Source: an uncultured bacterium
GTDB lineage: Bacteria; Babelota; Babeliae; Babelales; Babelaceae
Reading direction: 5' to 3'
Length of the DNA: 64,000 nucleotides
Assembly: GCA_963819815.1 (NCBI GenBank)
Contig: CAWFXL010000001.1
Span: 1,504,001-1,568,000 of the forward strand
The notes under the pieces were generated by a model. It worked only from the letters and a program-made list of their open reading frames with translations. It searched no databases and was not told the DNA's origin. Of the stretch, positions 40,468 to 51,585 are shown in pieces; the first letter of the stretch is position 1, and every line of letters begins with the position of its first letter. Made by a program: the position numbers and the translations under genes.

Positions 40468-41586
40468 ATGAAAAAAATTATACTGTGTATGCTTGTAGGT
40501 GCAGGAGCTTTCTGTAGCGCGTCTCAGAAAGAAGAATTTAATCTGCTTGCTGTACCTCAGCTTAAATCTGAAAATGTGGTTGCTTTTAAAGAATCCCTGG
40601 CAAGTCAAATGAGCAGGGTGCGTATGACGAAGTACGTGGTCTATGGAGCATTGGCATTCGGGACTTTTGAGATGATTCGACGATCATTCTTTTCAGAAGA
40701 TACGAGTCCCGTTACTCAAAAAGATCATGCTGAGCTTGCTAAAAAAGTTGGTGATGTAGAGAAGTTTAAGGGGCGTATAGATGCCTTAGAAAGAAATGCA
40801 CATATACCTGGAATCCAAACCCAGTGGCTTCCTTGGATTACTGATAAAGTAACATCTGCAGGGCAAAAAGTTGGAGAATGGCTTCCCTCAATTGTTAAGG
40901 CCTATTTGTACTCACAAGCTGGATCCATAGTGCTACGCCATGTACCTCAGATTGATGGGTATATTGCTCTTAACCCAACGATTAATTGGTGTATGCTCAG
41001 CGGAACACCGTTCATTGATGCAATCGGAAGTTTTATGGGCTGGTTCCAAGCACTGCAATTAGAGCCGGGCAAGTACCTTGATCCACATAATCCTGAAGCT
41101 CCTCTTAAGAATCTTGATAAAAGAAGTCTTGCGATCTCTTGCCATGACTTAGTCTCTGCGATGGAGCAGGTACTTGGATACATGGACTATGTTACCGAAA
41201 GCCTTAATCCCAAAGATGAAAAATATCTCATACAGAAGAGCCGTGCTGAAATATGCAGAGAAACGATAGCCACTGAAATGAAGGCCTTCATCGTTATGAT
41301 GAATGCGTTCTTACAGGAAGAGTCTATAACAGCTGAGATCTTTGATGGTATGATGAGCTTCTGGCATGCTAAGATGTTCTTAATTGTTCAGCAGCTTGAA
41401 AACTTTGAGCCGGTGACCATCGCCGCAGGGTTTAAGGAACGAGATGGCAAAGGTAATTTTAATCTCATTAAGAAGTACCTTCTTCCTAATTTGGAGAGAA
41501 AGCCTGAACCAGCTCCAACCGTAGGACCATTGCAACAATTGGGTGGTGATATCATTGGACAGGTTGCCCAGACAGTCTTTTCCTAA
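40468..41586 (+). CDS. Hypothetical exported or membrane protein
   Basis: MKKIIL signal peptide after an AAGGA RBS; helical ORF. Confidence 0.75.
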   Translation: MKKIILCMLVGAGAFCSASQKEEFNLLAVPQLKSENVVAFKESLASQMSRVRMTKYVVYGALAFGTFEMIRRSFFSEDTSPVTQKDHAELAKKVGDVEKFKGRIDALERNAHIPGIQTQWLPWITDKVTSAGQKVGEWLPSIVKAYLYSQAGSIVLRHVPQIDGYIALNPTINWCMLSGTPFIDAIGSFMGWFQALQLEPGKYLDPHNPEAPLKNLDKRSLAISCHDLVSAMEQVLGYMDYVTESLNPKDEKYLIQKSRAEICRETIATEMKAFIVMMNAFLQEESITAEIFDGMMSFWHAKMFLIVQQLENFEPVTIAAGFKERDGKGNFNLIKKYLLPNLERKPEPAPTVGPLQQLGGDIIGQVAQTVFS

Positions 41587-41599
41587 ATAGAGCTACAAA

Positions 41600-41638
41600 A
41601 AACTCCCCCTTGCCTGGTCAACGGGTAAGGGGGAGTTT
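41600..41638 (+). terminator. Rho-independent terminator
   Basis: AAACTCCCCCTTGCC...GGTAAGGGGGAGTTT long stem just after the stop. Confidence 0.75.
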
Positions 41639-41770
41639 GCATTTGATGTTCCCCCCATGCTTTTACGCGCTAATAGACTAAAGATAAGCTCCTCCACTTG
41701 ACGGGAACTGTGATATTTTATATACTAAAAAATACATTTAGAAAATCGTTAATATGATAATTGGAGTCCT

Positions 41771-42607
41771 ATGAAATTTCTAAGAATGGCACTTTTTGCT
41801 GCACTCCTGAGTTCAGGAAGTTTGGTTTCACTGTATGGTATGTTCCCGCAATTTAATATCGCGATCATTAATTCTTTATGCGTGCCCTTGGAGGTTAATT
41901 ATTGTATTACAGGTAACCAGAAGATATCTCGAGTTATTGTTCCGGGGCAAGTTAAAATAATAGGGTCTGAGGATATTATTATGCCAGATTCGATGATTGC
42001 TTTTTCTGGATATGGTGTGGTGAACGGCTATCTCGTTAATACTACCGAATTATTCCACAATGTGCTACGCGCTACATGGGAGAGTCTACAACCAATTAAG
42101 GGAGACCCTTTAATTATTACCGTTTCTTCAAAGGGGTTACTTGCTCCAAGTGAAGTTACTTTTGAGTTTTCAAAGAACCTACCTGGTGCAATAAGGGAAA
42201 GCTATGATAATATTGTCAAATCAGGAAAAGGCAAACCGCTGGCAGCATTTGTACCTCTTAGCCGCTACGATTTAGTGGAAGCATTAACTTTGAAGCAGCT
42301 TTTAAGGATCAGGCACAGTAACCAATTGAATACAGTACTTGTTCCTGCGCGTTGGTGGGAATGGAATTCTACAACTGGAGAAGATGCATTTAGATATATT
42401 TTAGGTCTTAATAAAGATTATAGAGAGGCTGATGTCAAAAGAGCCTATAGCGATATTGAAACCGAATGGGATACGGGTAATATCATAGGTCATGAGGCGC
42501 AAGGCTACGCTACAACTGTCATATCGGTTGCAAAGCAAGCACATGATCTGTTGCTAGAAAGCCTTAAAGACAGGGGACTTATGGATGAGTGGCAGCTCCT
42601 TCGATAA
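41771..42607 (+). CDS. Hypothetical exported protein with degenerate C-terminal J-domain-like segment
   Basis: Signal peptide; C-terminal FRYILGL...DVKRAY...AKQAHDLL. Confidence 0.7.
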   Translation: MKFLRMALFAALLSSGSLVSLYGMFPQFNIAIINSLCVPLEVNYCITGNQKISRVIVPGQVKIIGSEDIIMPDSMIAFSGYGVVNGYLVNTTELFHNVLRATWESLQPIKGDPLIITVSSKGLLAPSEVTFEFSKNLPGAIRESYDNIVKSGKGKPLAAFVPLSRYDLVEALTLKQLLRIRHSNQLNTVLVPARWWEWNSTTGEDAFRYILGLNKDYREADVKRAYSDIETEWDTGNIIGHEAQGYATTVISVAKQAHDLLLESLKDRGLMDEWQLLR

Positions 42608-42760
42608 GAGGGCTGCAGATAGAACTTAGAAAACTCACCTCTTTTTTCTCAGATCCCACGTCCCGAGTATGCTCATTGTTACGATGTTAAAAGATGCGAT
42701 TTTTTTGAAGGTGCGGTAGACTGAGTTGGGTAACTTTCTCACCCTAGTGCGGGAGATCCC

Positions 42761-45397
42761 ATGTCTGAAAAGCCGCTCACTCCTTTAATGCAGCAGTACT
42801 TTTCTTTGAAGGCTGCCTATCCTGATACCATCTTGCTCTTTCAAGTGGGAGACTTTTATGAGCTCTTTTTTGAAGATGCTCAAGTAGCTGCGTCTATTTT
42901 AGGTATCGCGCTTACCAAACGTGGATCTCATGGGGGTGAACCGATACCTTTATGCGGAGTTCCCTTGCACGTTCGTGATCATTATCTGACGAAGTTAGTT
43001 AAAGCGGGCTTTAAGGTTGCGCTCTGTGACCAACTTGAAGAGCCGCGCCCAGGAAAATTAGTGGAGCGTGGTATTACCGCTGTGCTTACTCCAGGGACGC
43101 TCACTGACTCAAAACTGCTCGAAGAAAAGTCAGCGTCCTATTTAGCGGTATTCTATGCGACTGAGAACTCATGGACCTTTCTCTGTGCTGAGCTTCTGAC
43201 GGGACAGCTTTTTGTGACCCTTTTTTCTGAACGTACATTGACCGCTTTAGAGGCTGAGCTTACCCGGTTTATGCCCGACGAGATGGTAGTCTTAAAAACG
43301 AAAGCTCCGAGTCCCTATGTGACCTTTTTCCAGCGACAGGGTGTGGTGGTCTCTGTGCAGGAAGCTCCCACGCCACAGGAGCAGTTTGATGCACAGGCAT
43401 GGGTAGCACAACGACTCGCCGAGCCGATATCCTCTGAAAGCTTTCAGGGTGCTATAGAGCTTTTATACACCTATTTAAAAAGGACACATGAGCAGGGACT
43501 CAATGAACTAAAGCAGCTCTCATTCTACCGACCTGAGGATTATTTACTGATTGATGCAGCAACGCAAAGGAACCTTGAGCTTGTAAAAAACAACCAAGAT
43601 GGATCTTTAAAGCATACTCTTTTTTCGGTGCTCGATAAGGCAGTAACACCTATGGGTTCGCGCATGCTTAAGAAGTGGATACTTCGCCCCTTGATAAACA
43701 AAAAACATATTGAAGAGCGTCAGGATGCAGTTGAGCTGTTGGTAAAAGATCATTCATTTAAAACAGCACTCAGAACATCTTGTAAGTCCCTTGGAGATCT
43801 TGAGCGTATTATTGGTCGTATTGCGCTTCGACGGGCACATCTTCACGATTATCAAGCACTCTATGCCGCATTAACCATAGTTCCAACTATTCGGCAGCTG
43901 TTAGCAACGAAGATCTCAGAAAGTAACGTAAGCTTACTCAAGTCTTTAACGAGCCAAATTGGTGATTATGCAGCGGTTACGGCCTTGTTAGCAGATTCTA
44001 TTAACGATGATACCTCAAGTGAGTGGCTTATTAAAAAAGGGTATAATGCTGAGCTTGATCGCTTACGTATGTTAGTTGAGCAGGGAGCTCAGGCAGTAGC
44101 AGCCTTTGAACAGCGGGAGCAGGAGCGAACAGGCATAACCTCTTTGAAAGTAAAATATAATCAGGTACATGGGTATGGTATTGAAGTTACCAAACCAAAT
44201 CTTCATCTTGTTCCAAGCGGGTATCTCAGGATCCAGACTCTTGCAAATCGTGAGCGGTTTACGACACAGGAGCTCAAAGACCTTGAGTATGATCTAAAAA
44301 GGGCACGTGCAGATATAGCACAGGTAGAGAAAGATCTATATGAATCGGTAAAGCAGCAGATTGAGCACCACATTCCTGCATTGAAAAAGGGTGTCTATGC
44401 ACTTGCCTATGCCGATTGCCTGGAAGCTCTTGCCGAGGTTGCCTATGGAATGAGCTATGTTAAACCTGTCATGCTTACTGAACAAACCATTAGCATTAAA
44501 GACGGAAGGCATCCAGTCGTAGAAAGTCGTATACAAGAGCGCTTTATTCCCAACAGTGTCGAATTGACAGATGAGGCTTCTTTATGGATTATTACCGGTC
44601 CCAATATGGGAGGTAAGTCGACGTTTCTTAGACAAGTCGCTTTAATCTGTATTATGGCTCAGATAGGATCATTTGTACCGGCAGCTGAGGCGCATCTTGG
44701 TATTGTTGATAGAGTATTTACGCGTATTGGAGCTTCAGATAATGTTGCTGAAGGCAAAAGTACCTTTCTTGTTGAGATGGAAGAAACGGCCCTTATTTGT
44801 AAACAGGCTACTCAGAAAAGCTTGGTTATCTTAGATGAAGTAGGCAGAGGCACGAGTACGTTTGACGGGTTAGCGATAGCACAGGCAGTTGTTGAGCATC
44901 TCTATGCGACCATACAGGCCCGCTGTCTATTTGCGACCCATTACCATGAGCTGACCGTGTTATGTACCGCGATGCCCGGAATTAAGCCCTATTATGCGGC
45001 AAGTATGAAAGCTGATCAGACCATGGTACTTCTTCATAAAATTTTGCCGGGAGTGGCTGATGGAAGTTTTGGATTAGAAGCAGCAGCGCTTGCTCAGGTG
45101 CCTCCAAGTATTGTGGCACGTGCGCGTGACATCGTTGCCGAGCTTACTCTCTTAGAAGGAACACGGACGCATGCTGTACCTCATACAGATGTCGGCGGCA
45201 CTGTTGGAGGAGAGACTCAACATCTTAAGGCTCTGCAATTACGCAACCAAGAACTTGAGGCCTATGTGGTGCATCTTGATAAAGAGCGAGAAAAAGGGCA
45301 GTATATTGCGGCACAGCTTGCGCAGCTCGATTATGATAACCTTAGTCCAAAGCAGGCGCTCGACCTACTGTGGCAGCTTAAACAGAGGAATCTATGA
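42761..45397 (+). CDS. mutS: DNA mismatch repair protein MutS
   Basis: TPLMQQY, GDFYELF, GRHPVVE, TGPNMGGKST, STFLVEM, DEVGRGT and FATHYHEL motifs. Confidence 0.97.
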   Translation: MSEKPLTPLMQQYFSLKAAYPDTILLFQVGDFYELFFEDAQVAASILGIALTKRGSHGGEPIPLCGVPLHVRDHYLTKLVKAGFKVALCDQLEEPRPGKLVERGITAVLTPGTLTDSKLLEEKSASYLAVFYATENSWTFLCAELLTGQLFVTLFSERTLTALEAELTRFMPDEMVVLKTKAPSPYVTFFQRQGVVVSVQEAPTPQEQFDAQAWVAQRLAEPISSESFQGAIELLYTYLKRTHEQGLNELKQLSFYRPEDYLLIDAATQRNLELVKNNQDGSLKHTLFSVLDKAVTPMGSRMLKKWILRPLINKKHIEERQDAVELLVKDHSFKTALRTSCKSLGDLERIIGRIALRRAHLHDYQALYAALTIVPTIRQLLATKISESNVSLLKSLTSQIGDYAAVTALLADSINDDTSSEWLIKKGYNAELDRLRMLVEQGAQAVAAFEQREQERTGITSLKVKYNQVHGYGIEVTKPNLHLVPSGYLRIQTLANRERFTTQELKDLEYDLKRARADIAQVEKDLYESVKQQIEHHIPALKKGVYALAYADCLEALAEVAYGMSYVKPVMLTEQTISIKDGRHPVVESRIQERFIPNSVELTDEASLWIITGPNMGGKSTFLRQVALICIMAQIGSFVPAAEAHLGIVDRVFTRIGASDNVAEGKSTFLVEMEETALICKQATQKSLVILDEVGRGTSTFDGLAIAQAVVEHLYATIQARCLFATHYHELTVLCTAMPGIKPYYAASMKADQTMVLLHKILPGVADGSFGLEAAALAQVPPSIVARARDIVAELTLLEGTRTHAVPHTDVGGTVGGETQHLKALQLRNQELEAYVVHLDKEREKGQYIAAQLAQLDYDNLSPKQALDLLWQLKQRNL

Positions 45398-46155
45398 TAT
45401 TCAAGTATCCGATCAAAAGAACTTTCAAAGTGTGTTGCTATGCTCTTATGGTGCTCTGTGTGAGTGGCATGATACCTACTGAAGCACGCAAAAGTAAGAG
45501 CCTCCCCAGTGGTACGATTGTGATCGATCCGGGTCATGGAGGACCCTATATCGGATCTGCAAGTCCGTCACAGCAGGTGATTGAAAAACATGCTGTACTT
45601 GAGTTAGCATTGCTCCTTGCTGATCGGTTGCGAGCGAAGGGCTTTACGGTAGTGCTTACCCGTACAGGAGATTATGCACTCGACCCTCGAGACTTGATCA
45701 ATGATTTGAAAATGAGGGCGTATGTAGCTCGCGAGGTGAAAGCTGATATTTTAGTGTCGCTCCATTTAAACTCTTCGCCGAATGAAAAGATTCGGGGCTA
45801 TGAAGTATATGTCCCTTACGAAGATAAGTTCCCCCTAAAGTCCTATGCGTTAGCGAGTGCTATCCATTATGACTTGAGCCATGAGGTAAAGCCTGAATTT
45901 GGTGGTGGTACTCTTGGGAACGTTAATACTATTGATTTGGGTATTCGTGCTTCAAAATTTAACGTGCTCGTACACTCAGTATGTCCTTCGGTGCTTGTTG
46001 AACTTGCCTACCTCTCTCATAAGGAGACGGAAAAACAGCTTCTTACCAAAGCATATAAAGACACCCTAGTTGATGCTCTTTATTTAGGAATACAACGCTA
46101 TTTTGTTCATGCAAAGACGTCTATACATACAATCAAAGCGCTACCAACTCTTTAA
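45394..46155 (+). CDS. N-acetylmuramoyl-L-alanine amidase (Amidase_3)
   Basis: IDPGHGG, EK, LTR, SLHLN and VLVELAY Zn-ligand motifs; signal segment. Confidence 0.92.
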   Translation: MIFKYPIKRTFKVCCYALMVLCVSGMIPTEARKSKSLPSGTIVIDPGHGGPYIGSASPSQQVIEKHAVLELALLLADRLRAKGFTVVLTRTGDYALDPRDLINDLKMRAYVAREVKADILVSLHLNSSPNEKIRGYEVYVPYEDKFPLKSYALASAIHYDLSHEVKPEFGGGTLGNVNTIDLGIRASKFNVLVHSVCPSVLVELAYLSHKETEKQLLTKAYKDTLVDALYLGIQRYFVHAKTSIHTIKALPTL

Positions 46156-47376
46156 AACTCTTCCCTTTTTAAGCTGAGTCAGCAGCGTGCTTGGATAAAA
46201 GAAGCTGAGGATCGTTTTGTACGAGTGTCCTTGGAGATCCATCGCATAGGCTCCCCATTGACAGAGCCCAATATGATGGCCGTAGCCCTTGCCCTTCATT
46301 TGGAGCATGTGTGTATGCGGAATTATTTCACAACAGGCGCTTCGCATATGCTTATAGAAGAGCATTCTAAAATCATGAGCCATCATGCGAAATGTTTTGT
46401 TTTCAGTGTCGGTTATCAGAATATTCTGGGCAATGCCTGCAAGATCGAAGCCATCGATTGCTACTGATGCAACACCCTTAAGCTCGGGGAATTCTTTTTT
46501 TAGGGGGCCTTCTACTTCAGCAAAGGGTAGTGCATTTTCCCATCTGAAGTATTTATTGTCTTTGCAATGGGTGCATGCATAGGTTCTTTTGAGATAGGGA
46601 GCTAGCTCAAACACATCAGTTTTCTTTTCCCCCGGGATGACTCCACCACAGACAGCACTAAACATGGCAAGGATAGGTTTCCTGTTATGAGTGATGATGA
46701 GGCCTTTTGTTGCATCAATTATTCTTTTAAGACTGACTCCTGATTCATAGCCTCTATAGACTTGGTCTTCTACGCCTGAGTATAGGTCAAAAGGATAGGG
46801 CCAGTCTCTTCCAAGTGCTCTTTTATCTGATACACGCGCTACAGCATAGGTTCTGCAGGCAATACACATGGCTTTTTGCACTTCATCGGGCCAGCTTGGG
46901 ACCCCTTCATAGGGAAGTACACATTCAATATAGGGTTCAAGTCCTACGTGGTTCACAAGGTAGGTAGCATCAGACGTTCTTTCAAGAGAAACTATTCCCG
47001 GATAGCCGATGCCATTACATTGAAGGACCCCACTTCTTGGGAGAAAAAAGAGCTGAGATCGATCGATCTTTTTGGTGTTGTAGTATAAGGAGGTGCCTTC
47101 TGAAGAGAGTTCGAGTACCTTATCATCAAGAGGTCTTGTACGACCTGTGATAGGATCATAGAGGGAAATGCCGCCTTCGCATGAAATCTTCCAGTGCACG
47201 TTTGAAGGGAGACTTTCGCAAAGAAGAATTCGAACAGGGTGTTCAAGAGCAAGCTTTTTGTATAAGGATGCATGTTTCTGCAGAGGGAAATAAGCGTGAG
47301 CTGTTTGTGGGAGACACATCATGTCAGAGGTCATGAAGCTTATCATCGCGAAAATATATACGTACGTACCATTCAT
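46141..47376 (-). CDS. SpoIID/LytB domain lytic transglycosylase
   Basis: VNHVGLEPYIECVLPYE, KAMCIACRTYA, DQVYRG and GHHIGLCQWGA motifs. Confidence 0.9.
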   Translation of the reverse strand: MNGTYVYIFAMISFMTSDMMCLPQTAHAYFPLQKHASLYKKLALEHPVRILLCESLPSNVHWKISCEGGISLYDPITGRTRPLDDKVLELSSEGTSLYYNTKKIDRSQLFFLPRSGVLQCNGIGYPGIVSLERTSDATYLVNHVGLEPYIECVLPYEGVPSWPDEVQKAMCIACRTYAVARVSDKRALGRDWPYPFDLYSGVEDQVYRGYESGVSLKRIIDATKGLIITHNRKPILAMFSAVCGGVIPGEKKTDVFELAPYLKRTYACTHCKDNKYFRWENALPFAEVEGPLKKEFPELKGVASVAIDGFDLAGIAQNILITDTENKTFRMMAHDFRMLFYKHMRSACCEIIPHTHMLQMKGKGYGHHIGLCQWGAYAMDLQGHSYKTILSFFYPSTLLTQLKKGRVLKSW

Positions 47377-47680
47377 GGTTATTTCCTTCAAAATACTATC
47401 TTAGCTCTCTCGGTTTTCATAAGTTAGTTTTTTTAAAGAGCTTTGCACGTACTCTACTGCGAGGGCCCACAAATGTCAAAGGGAGGTGTCAGCCGTTACG
47501 CATGAATAGAGAACATTCACCGACTTACTAGCTGCAGATTCGCTTCATGCAGAGCTTCCTTGGAAAGGGCAATGGGATGGAGGTGATTTTGGACGTATCA
47601 AATTTCTTTTATGGTTGGATATTCATTTTTTTCAAACTCTGTGGTGTACGTCGCTTTTTTTGAATTGCCTTTCATGAAGA

Positions 47681-47700
47681 AGGGGCGCCTAAGCGCCCCT
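47681..47700 (-). terminator. Representative terminator hairpin of the array units
   Basis: AGGGGCGC-CTAA-GCGCCCCT with a pyrimidine/T tract on the minus strand; repeated after every paralog. Confidence 0.8.
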
Positions 47701-47730
47701 ATAAATACTTATCAAAATACGATTATGATC

Positions 47731-48501
47731 CTATACAGGTTCGATAAATATGGTGTTGCTCTGTAAAGCGCAGCTACAATATTTGTTAAATATATAGGCT
47801 TTCAGTGCATTCGCTATTCCCTGAGGAAATGGAAATTGGATGGAGAAACTACTTTCATCATCTGACGGAGTACAATCACCGTGAACGTTTATAAAAGCTG
47901 TAAATGTAGTGGTGCTTCGGAAAGCCGAAAATGTCTGCTGAAAGGGAGTTTTAGACACTTCTTTGAAGGTAGCTGTACTAACTTCAGGTGTGGGTACAAT
48001 TGCAAACTCAACGGGACCAGTATTTGTGGGGCTGCCACCTGGATTAACCACATCTAATGTGATGCATCCTTTCCCACCGCCAAGTGGCAATGAAGTAATG
48101 GTCATGCTTATTGTCTGGTTTGGGTTAGCTTCAGTAAAAGCCACTTCATATTCTATCCCTGGTGTGCCGCTAGAATCGGTTACAGTTAAATTAAATGAAA
48201 CACTATCACCTCCTGCATTTGTAGGTACATCGGTAAAGTTCGCTGTTACTCCAGTTTGGGGTGCTAAATCTGTGACAGGCGTGCCGTTGGCATTGGTTAT
48301 ATTATAGGTATATTGACCTGAAGAAGTAGGTATACCACCAGAGGCAGTTACTGATATATTTGCTGTTGGTACTAGAGCGTCCGGATTACTACACCCATTA
48401 GGACTGATAGTTATATTTTGGATAAATAGCGGCTGAGGACCGGTCGTTTGAGCAGCTATGCTGATAGGCATTGCGAGTAAGGTGAGTAAGAGTTTCTTCA
48501 T
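47731..48501 (-). CDS. Secreted Thr/Pro/Gly-rich beta-sandwich-like protein, array copy 1
   Basis: MKKLLLTLL signal; SGG.P...YTY...TVTDS (SprB/Ig-like pattern); ends NALKAYIFNKYCSC. Confidence 0.85.
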   Translation of the reverse strand: MKKLLLTLLAMPISIAAQTTGPQPLFIQNITISPNGCSNPDALVPTANISVTASGGIPTSSGQYTYNITNANGTPVTDLAPQTGVTANFTDVPTNAGGDSVSFNLTVTDSSGTPGIEYEVAFTEANPNQTISMTITSLPLGGGKGCITLDVVNPGGSPTNTGPVEFAIVPTPEVSTATFKEVSKTPFQQTFSAFRSTTTFTAFINVHGDCTPSDDESSFSIQFPFPQGIANALKAYIFNKYCSCALQSNTIFIEPV

Positions 48502-48555
48502 ACACTTCCTTTGAGTGAAATTATGGATTTTGATACATATTAATGCGTGTAAACT

Positions 48556-48585
48556 AACTTACCATAGGTATTTTTTGAAAAGCAA
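48556..48585 (-). promoter_or_regulatory. Representative conserved promoter of the array units (TTGCTT, 18 bp, extended -10 TGG-TAAGTT)
   Basis: Same element at 49575-49604, 50609-50638, 51641-51670, 52665-52694, 53619-53648 and 54806-54835. Confidence 0.65.
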
Positions 48586-48753
48586 CAATTTGTCCCTTAA
48601 GCTATCAGCCTTTCGTTGTATGAATCTCCCAAATATGTAAATCCTATTCCTAGGCTTGTTATTGATGCAATAGATGCTGGTGTCCTCTCTCAGGGAAAGA
48701 GGGGCGCTATAAGCACCCCTCCTAACAGATTCAAAAGTTACATTAAGCGTGCG

Positions 48754-49518
48754 CTAGGCAGCTGTAGGTGTTACTACCTTAACCGTACCGCTCTGTAAGG
48801 TGCAGCTGCAATATTTGTTAAAAACATAGGCCTTCAATGCATTAGATAGTCCTTGCGGAAACGGAAAATTGATTTTGAAGTCAGAAAAATCATGAGGGCA
48901 ATCACCTATAACAGTAACTTCAGCAGTGAGCTCTGTGCTCCCTGGGGTTGGGAAAGCAGAAAACGTCTGTTGGAAAGGCTCTTTGGTTATTGGTGTAGAA
49001 GCAGGTTCATCTTCGGTCGATGGGAAAATTGCAAAATGAACTTCGCCGGTACCTGTTGTGTTGCCAGCAGGATTAGTAACGAGTAAGGTAATGCAACCTG
49101 GACCAGAACCAAGAGGTAATGAGGTAATAGTCATACTAACTGATTTTGTGCCAGATTCAGTAAAAGTCACTTCATATTCTACTGGTGAGCCACTGTTTGA
49201 AGAATCGGTTACGGTTAAATTATAACTTGTACTGGTATCATCAAGACCTGTAGCGACGTCAGTAAAGTTCGCTGTTACTCCAGTTTGGGGTGAGCCTGTG
49301 ACAGCTGTGCCGCCGAGAGTAGCTAAATTATAGGTATATTGACCTTTAGAATCAGGAGTTCCACCTGTGGCGGTCACTGATATATTTGCAGTTGGTGTAC
49401 CAGTTGCTGGACACCCATTAGGACTGATAGTTATATTTTGGATAAATAACGGCTGAGGACCTACTTGGGCCCCAAGGCTAATATGCATTGCTAGTAATGT
49501 GAGTAAGAGTTTTTTCAT
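48754..49518 (-). CDS. Secreted array protein, copy 2
   Basis: Paralog; start at MKKLLL after an AAAGGAAG RBS; ends NALKAYVFNKYCSC. Confidence 0.85.
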   Translation of the reverse strand: MKKLLLTLLAMHISLGAQVGPQPLFIQNITISPNGCPATGTPTANISVTATGGTPDSKGQYTYNLATLGGTAVTGSPQTGVTANFTDVATGLDDTSTSYNLTVTDSSNSGSPVEYEVTFTESGTKSVSMTITSLPLGSGPGCITLLVTNPAGNTTGTGEVHFAIFPSTEDEPASTPITKEPFQQTFSAFPTPGSTELTAEVTVIGDCPHDFSDFKINFPFPQGLSNALKAYVFNKYCSCTLQSGTVKVVTPTAA

Positions 49519-49772
49519 ATACTTCCTTTGAGTACGATGGTGGGTTGTTTGATAGTTAGTAACGCTTTCACAGTAACTTACCATAGACATTTTTAAGAAA
49601 GCAACAATTTGTCATTTAAGATGGCAGGTTTTTGTTGTATGAATTAGCCACAGCTGCAAACCATTTTCCTAGGCTTGTGATTGACACAATGTATGCCGGT
49701 GTTCTTTCGCATGCAAAGAGGGGCGCTTATAGCGCCCCTCCTGACAGATTCAAAAATTACATTAAGCGTGCA

Positions 49773-50552
49773 CTAAACTGTAGGTGTTACTACCTTGACC
49801 GTACTGCTCTGCAAGGTGCAGCTACAATATTTGTTAAAAACATAGGCCTTCAATGCATTAGATAGTCCTTGCGGAAATGGAAATACGATTTTGAAGTCAG
49901 AGCCGCCAACAATATCTTCACAATCACCGACAACGGTAACTTCAGCCGTAAGTTCTGTGTTCCCTGGGGTTGGGAAAGCAGAAAACGTCTGTTGGAAAGG
50001 CTCTTTGGTTACTATTGCAGGAGTGGGTTCATCTTCGGTTGATGGGAAAATTGCAAATTGAACGTCACCGGTACCCGTTGTGTCGCCTGCAGGGTTAGTA
50101 ACGAGTAAGGTAATGCAGCCTGCATCACTGCCAAGTGGCAATGAATTAATGGTCATGCTTACTGATTTTGTTGCGGATTGGTTAAAAGTCACTTCATATT
50201 CTACTGGCGAGCCACTGTTTGAAGAGTCGGTTACGGTTACATTATAATTTATCGAAGCTCCTAATTTACCAGTAGGGACATCAACAAAGTTCGCTGTTAC
50301 GGCAGTTTGAGATGGGAAATCTGCAACAGGCGTACCGTTGAGATTGGTTAAAGTATAGGTATATTGACCTGAAGAATTAGGAGTACCACCTGAAGCGGTT
50401 ACCGATATAGTTGATCCGGAGAATGGATTTATTTCTCCATCAAAACACCCATTCGGGCTGAAAGTTATATTTTGGATGAACAACGGCTGAGGACCCACTT
50501 GTGCAGCAAGACTGATGGGCATTACGAGTAATGTGAGTAAGAGTTTCTTCAT
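49773..50552 (-). CDS. Secreted array protein, copy 3
   Basis: Paralog; same signal peptide and C-terminal motif. Confidence 0.85.
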   Translation of the reverse strand: MKKLLLTLLVMPISLAAQVGPQPLFIQNITFSPNGCFDGEINPFSGSTISVTASGGTPNSSGQYTYTLTNLNGTPVADFPSQTAVTANFVDVPTGKLGASINYNVTVTDSSNSGSPVEYEVTFNQSATKSVSMTINSLPLGSDAGCITLLVTNPAGDTTGTGDVQFAIFPSTEDEPTPAIVTKEPFQQTFSAFPTPGNTELTAEVTVVGDCEDIVGGSDFKIVFPFPQGLSNALKAYVFNKYCSCTLQSSTVKVVTPTV

Positions 50553-50805
50553 ACACTTCCTTTGAGTGAAATTGTGGATTCTGATACATATATTAACGTG
50601 TCTAAACTAACTTACCATAGACATTTTTTGAAAAGCAACAATTTGTCCTTTAAGATATCTGGTTATCATTTTATGAATTACCCACAACTGCGAACGATTC
50701 TCCAGGCTTGTTATTGGTGCACTATTAGTAGTGCATTTTTCTCATGCAAAAAGGGGCGCCGAAGCGCCCCTTTACTATCAAAAGAAATTAAATTATGCAG
50801 ATGCA

Positions 50806-51585
50806 CTAGGCTGTAGGTGTTACTACCTTAACGGTACTGCTCTGTAATGTGCAGTTGCAATATTTGTTAAAAATATAAGCCTTCAGTGCATTAGATAATC
50901 CTTGAGGAAATGGAAATACGATTTTGAAGTCAGCGACGCCATCGCCATTGTCACAATCACCGTCAATCGTAACTTCAGCGGTGAGCTCTGTGCTCCCTGG
51001 GGTTGGGAAAGCAGAAAACGTCTGTTGGAAAGGGACCTCGGTTAATGTCGTAGGAGTAGGCTCGTCCTCAGTAGATGGAAAAATTGCGAATTGAACTGGG
51101 TTAGGATTCGTTGTGTTGCCTGCAGGGTTAATAACGAGTAAGGTAATGCAGCCTGCACCACTGCCAAGTGGCAATGAATTAATGGTCATGCTTACTGATT
51201 TTGTTGCGGATTGATTAAAAGTCACTTCATATTCTACTGGCGCGCCACTGTTTGAAGAGTCGGTTACGGTTAAATTATAACTTGTAGGGTCTTCGTTAAT
51301 AGCTGTAGGGACATCAATAAAGTTTGCTGTTACTCCAGTTTGGGGCGAGCCCGTGACAGCATCGCCACTCAGGTCAGCTAAGTTATAGGTATATTGACCT
51401 TTAGAATCAGGAGTTCCACCTGTGGCGGTTACCGATATAGTTGATGCGGGGTGTGGATTTGTAGTTGCATTAAAACACCCATTAGGACTGATAGTTATAT
51501 TTTGGATAAACAACGGCTGAGGACCCGTCGTCTGAGCAACAATGCTGATAGGCATTGCGAGTAATGTGAGTAAGAGTTTCTTCAT
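50806..51585 (-). CDS. Secreted array protein, copy 4
   Basis: Paralog; start at MKKLLL; ends NALKAYIFNKYCNC. Confidence 0.85.
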   Translation of the reverse strand: MKKLLLTLLAMPISIVAQTTGPQPLFIQNITISPNGCFNATTNPHPASTISVTATGGTPDSKGQYTYNLADLSGDAVTGSPQTGVTANFIDVPTAINEDPTSYNLTVTDSSNSGAPVEYEVTFNQSATKSVSMTINSLPLGSGAGCITLLVINPAGNTTNPNPVQFAIFPSTEDEPTPTTLTEVPFQQTFSAFPTPGSTELTAEVTIDGDCDNGDGVADFKIVFPFPQGLSNALKAYIFNKYCNCTLQSSTVKVVTPTA

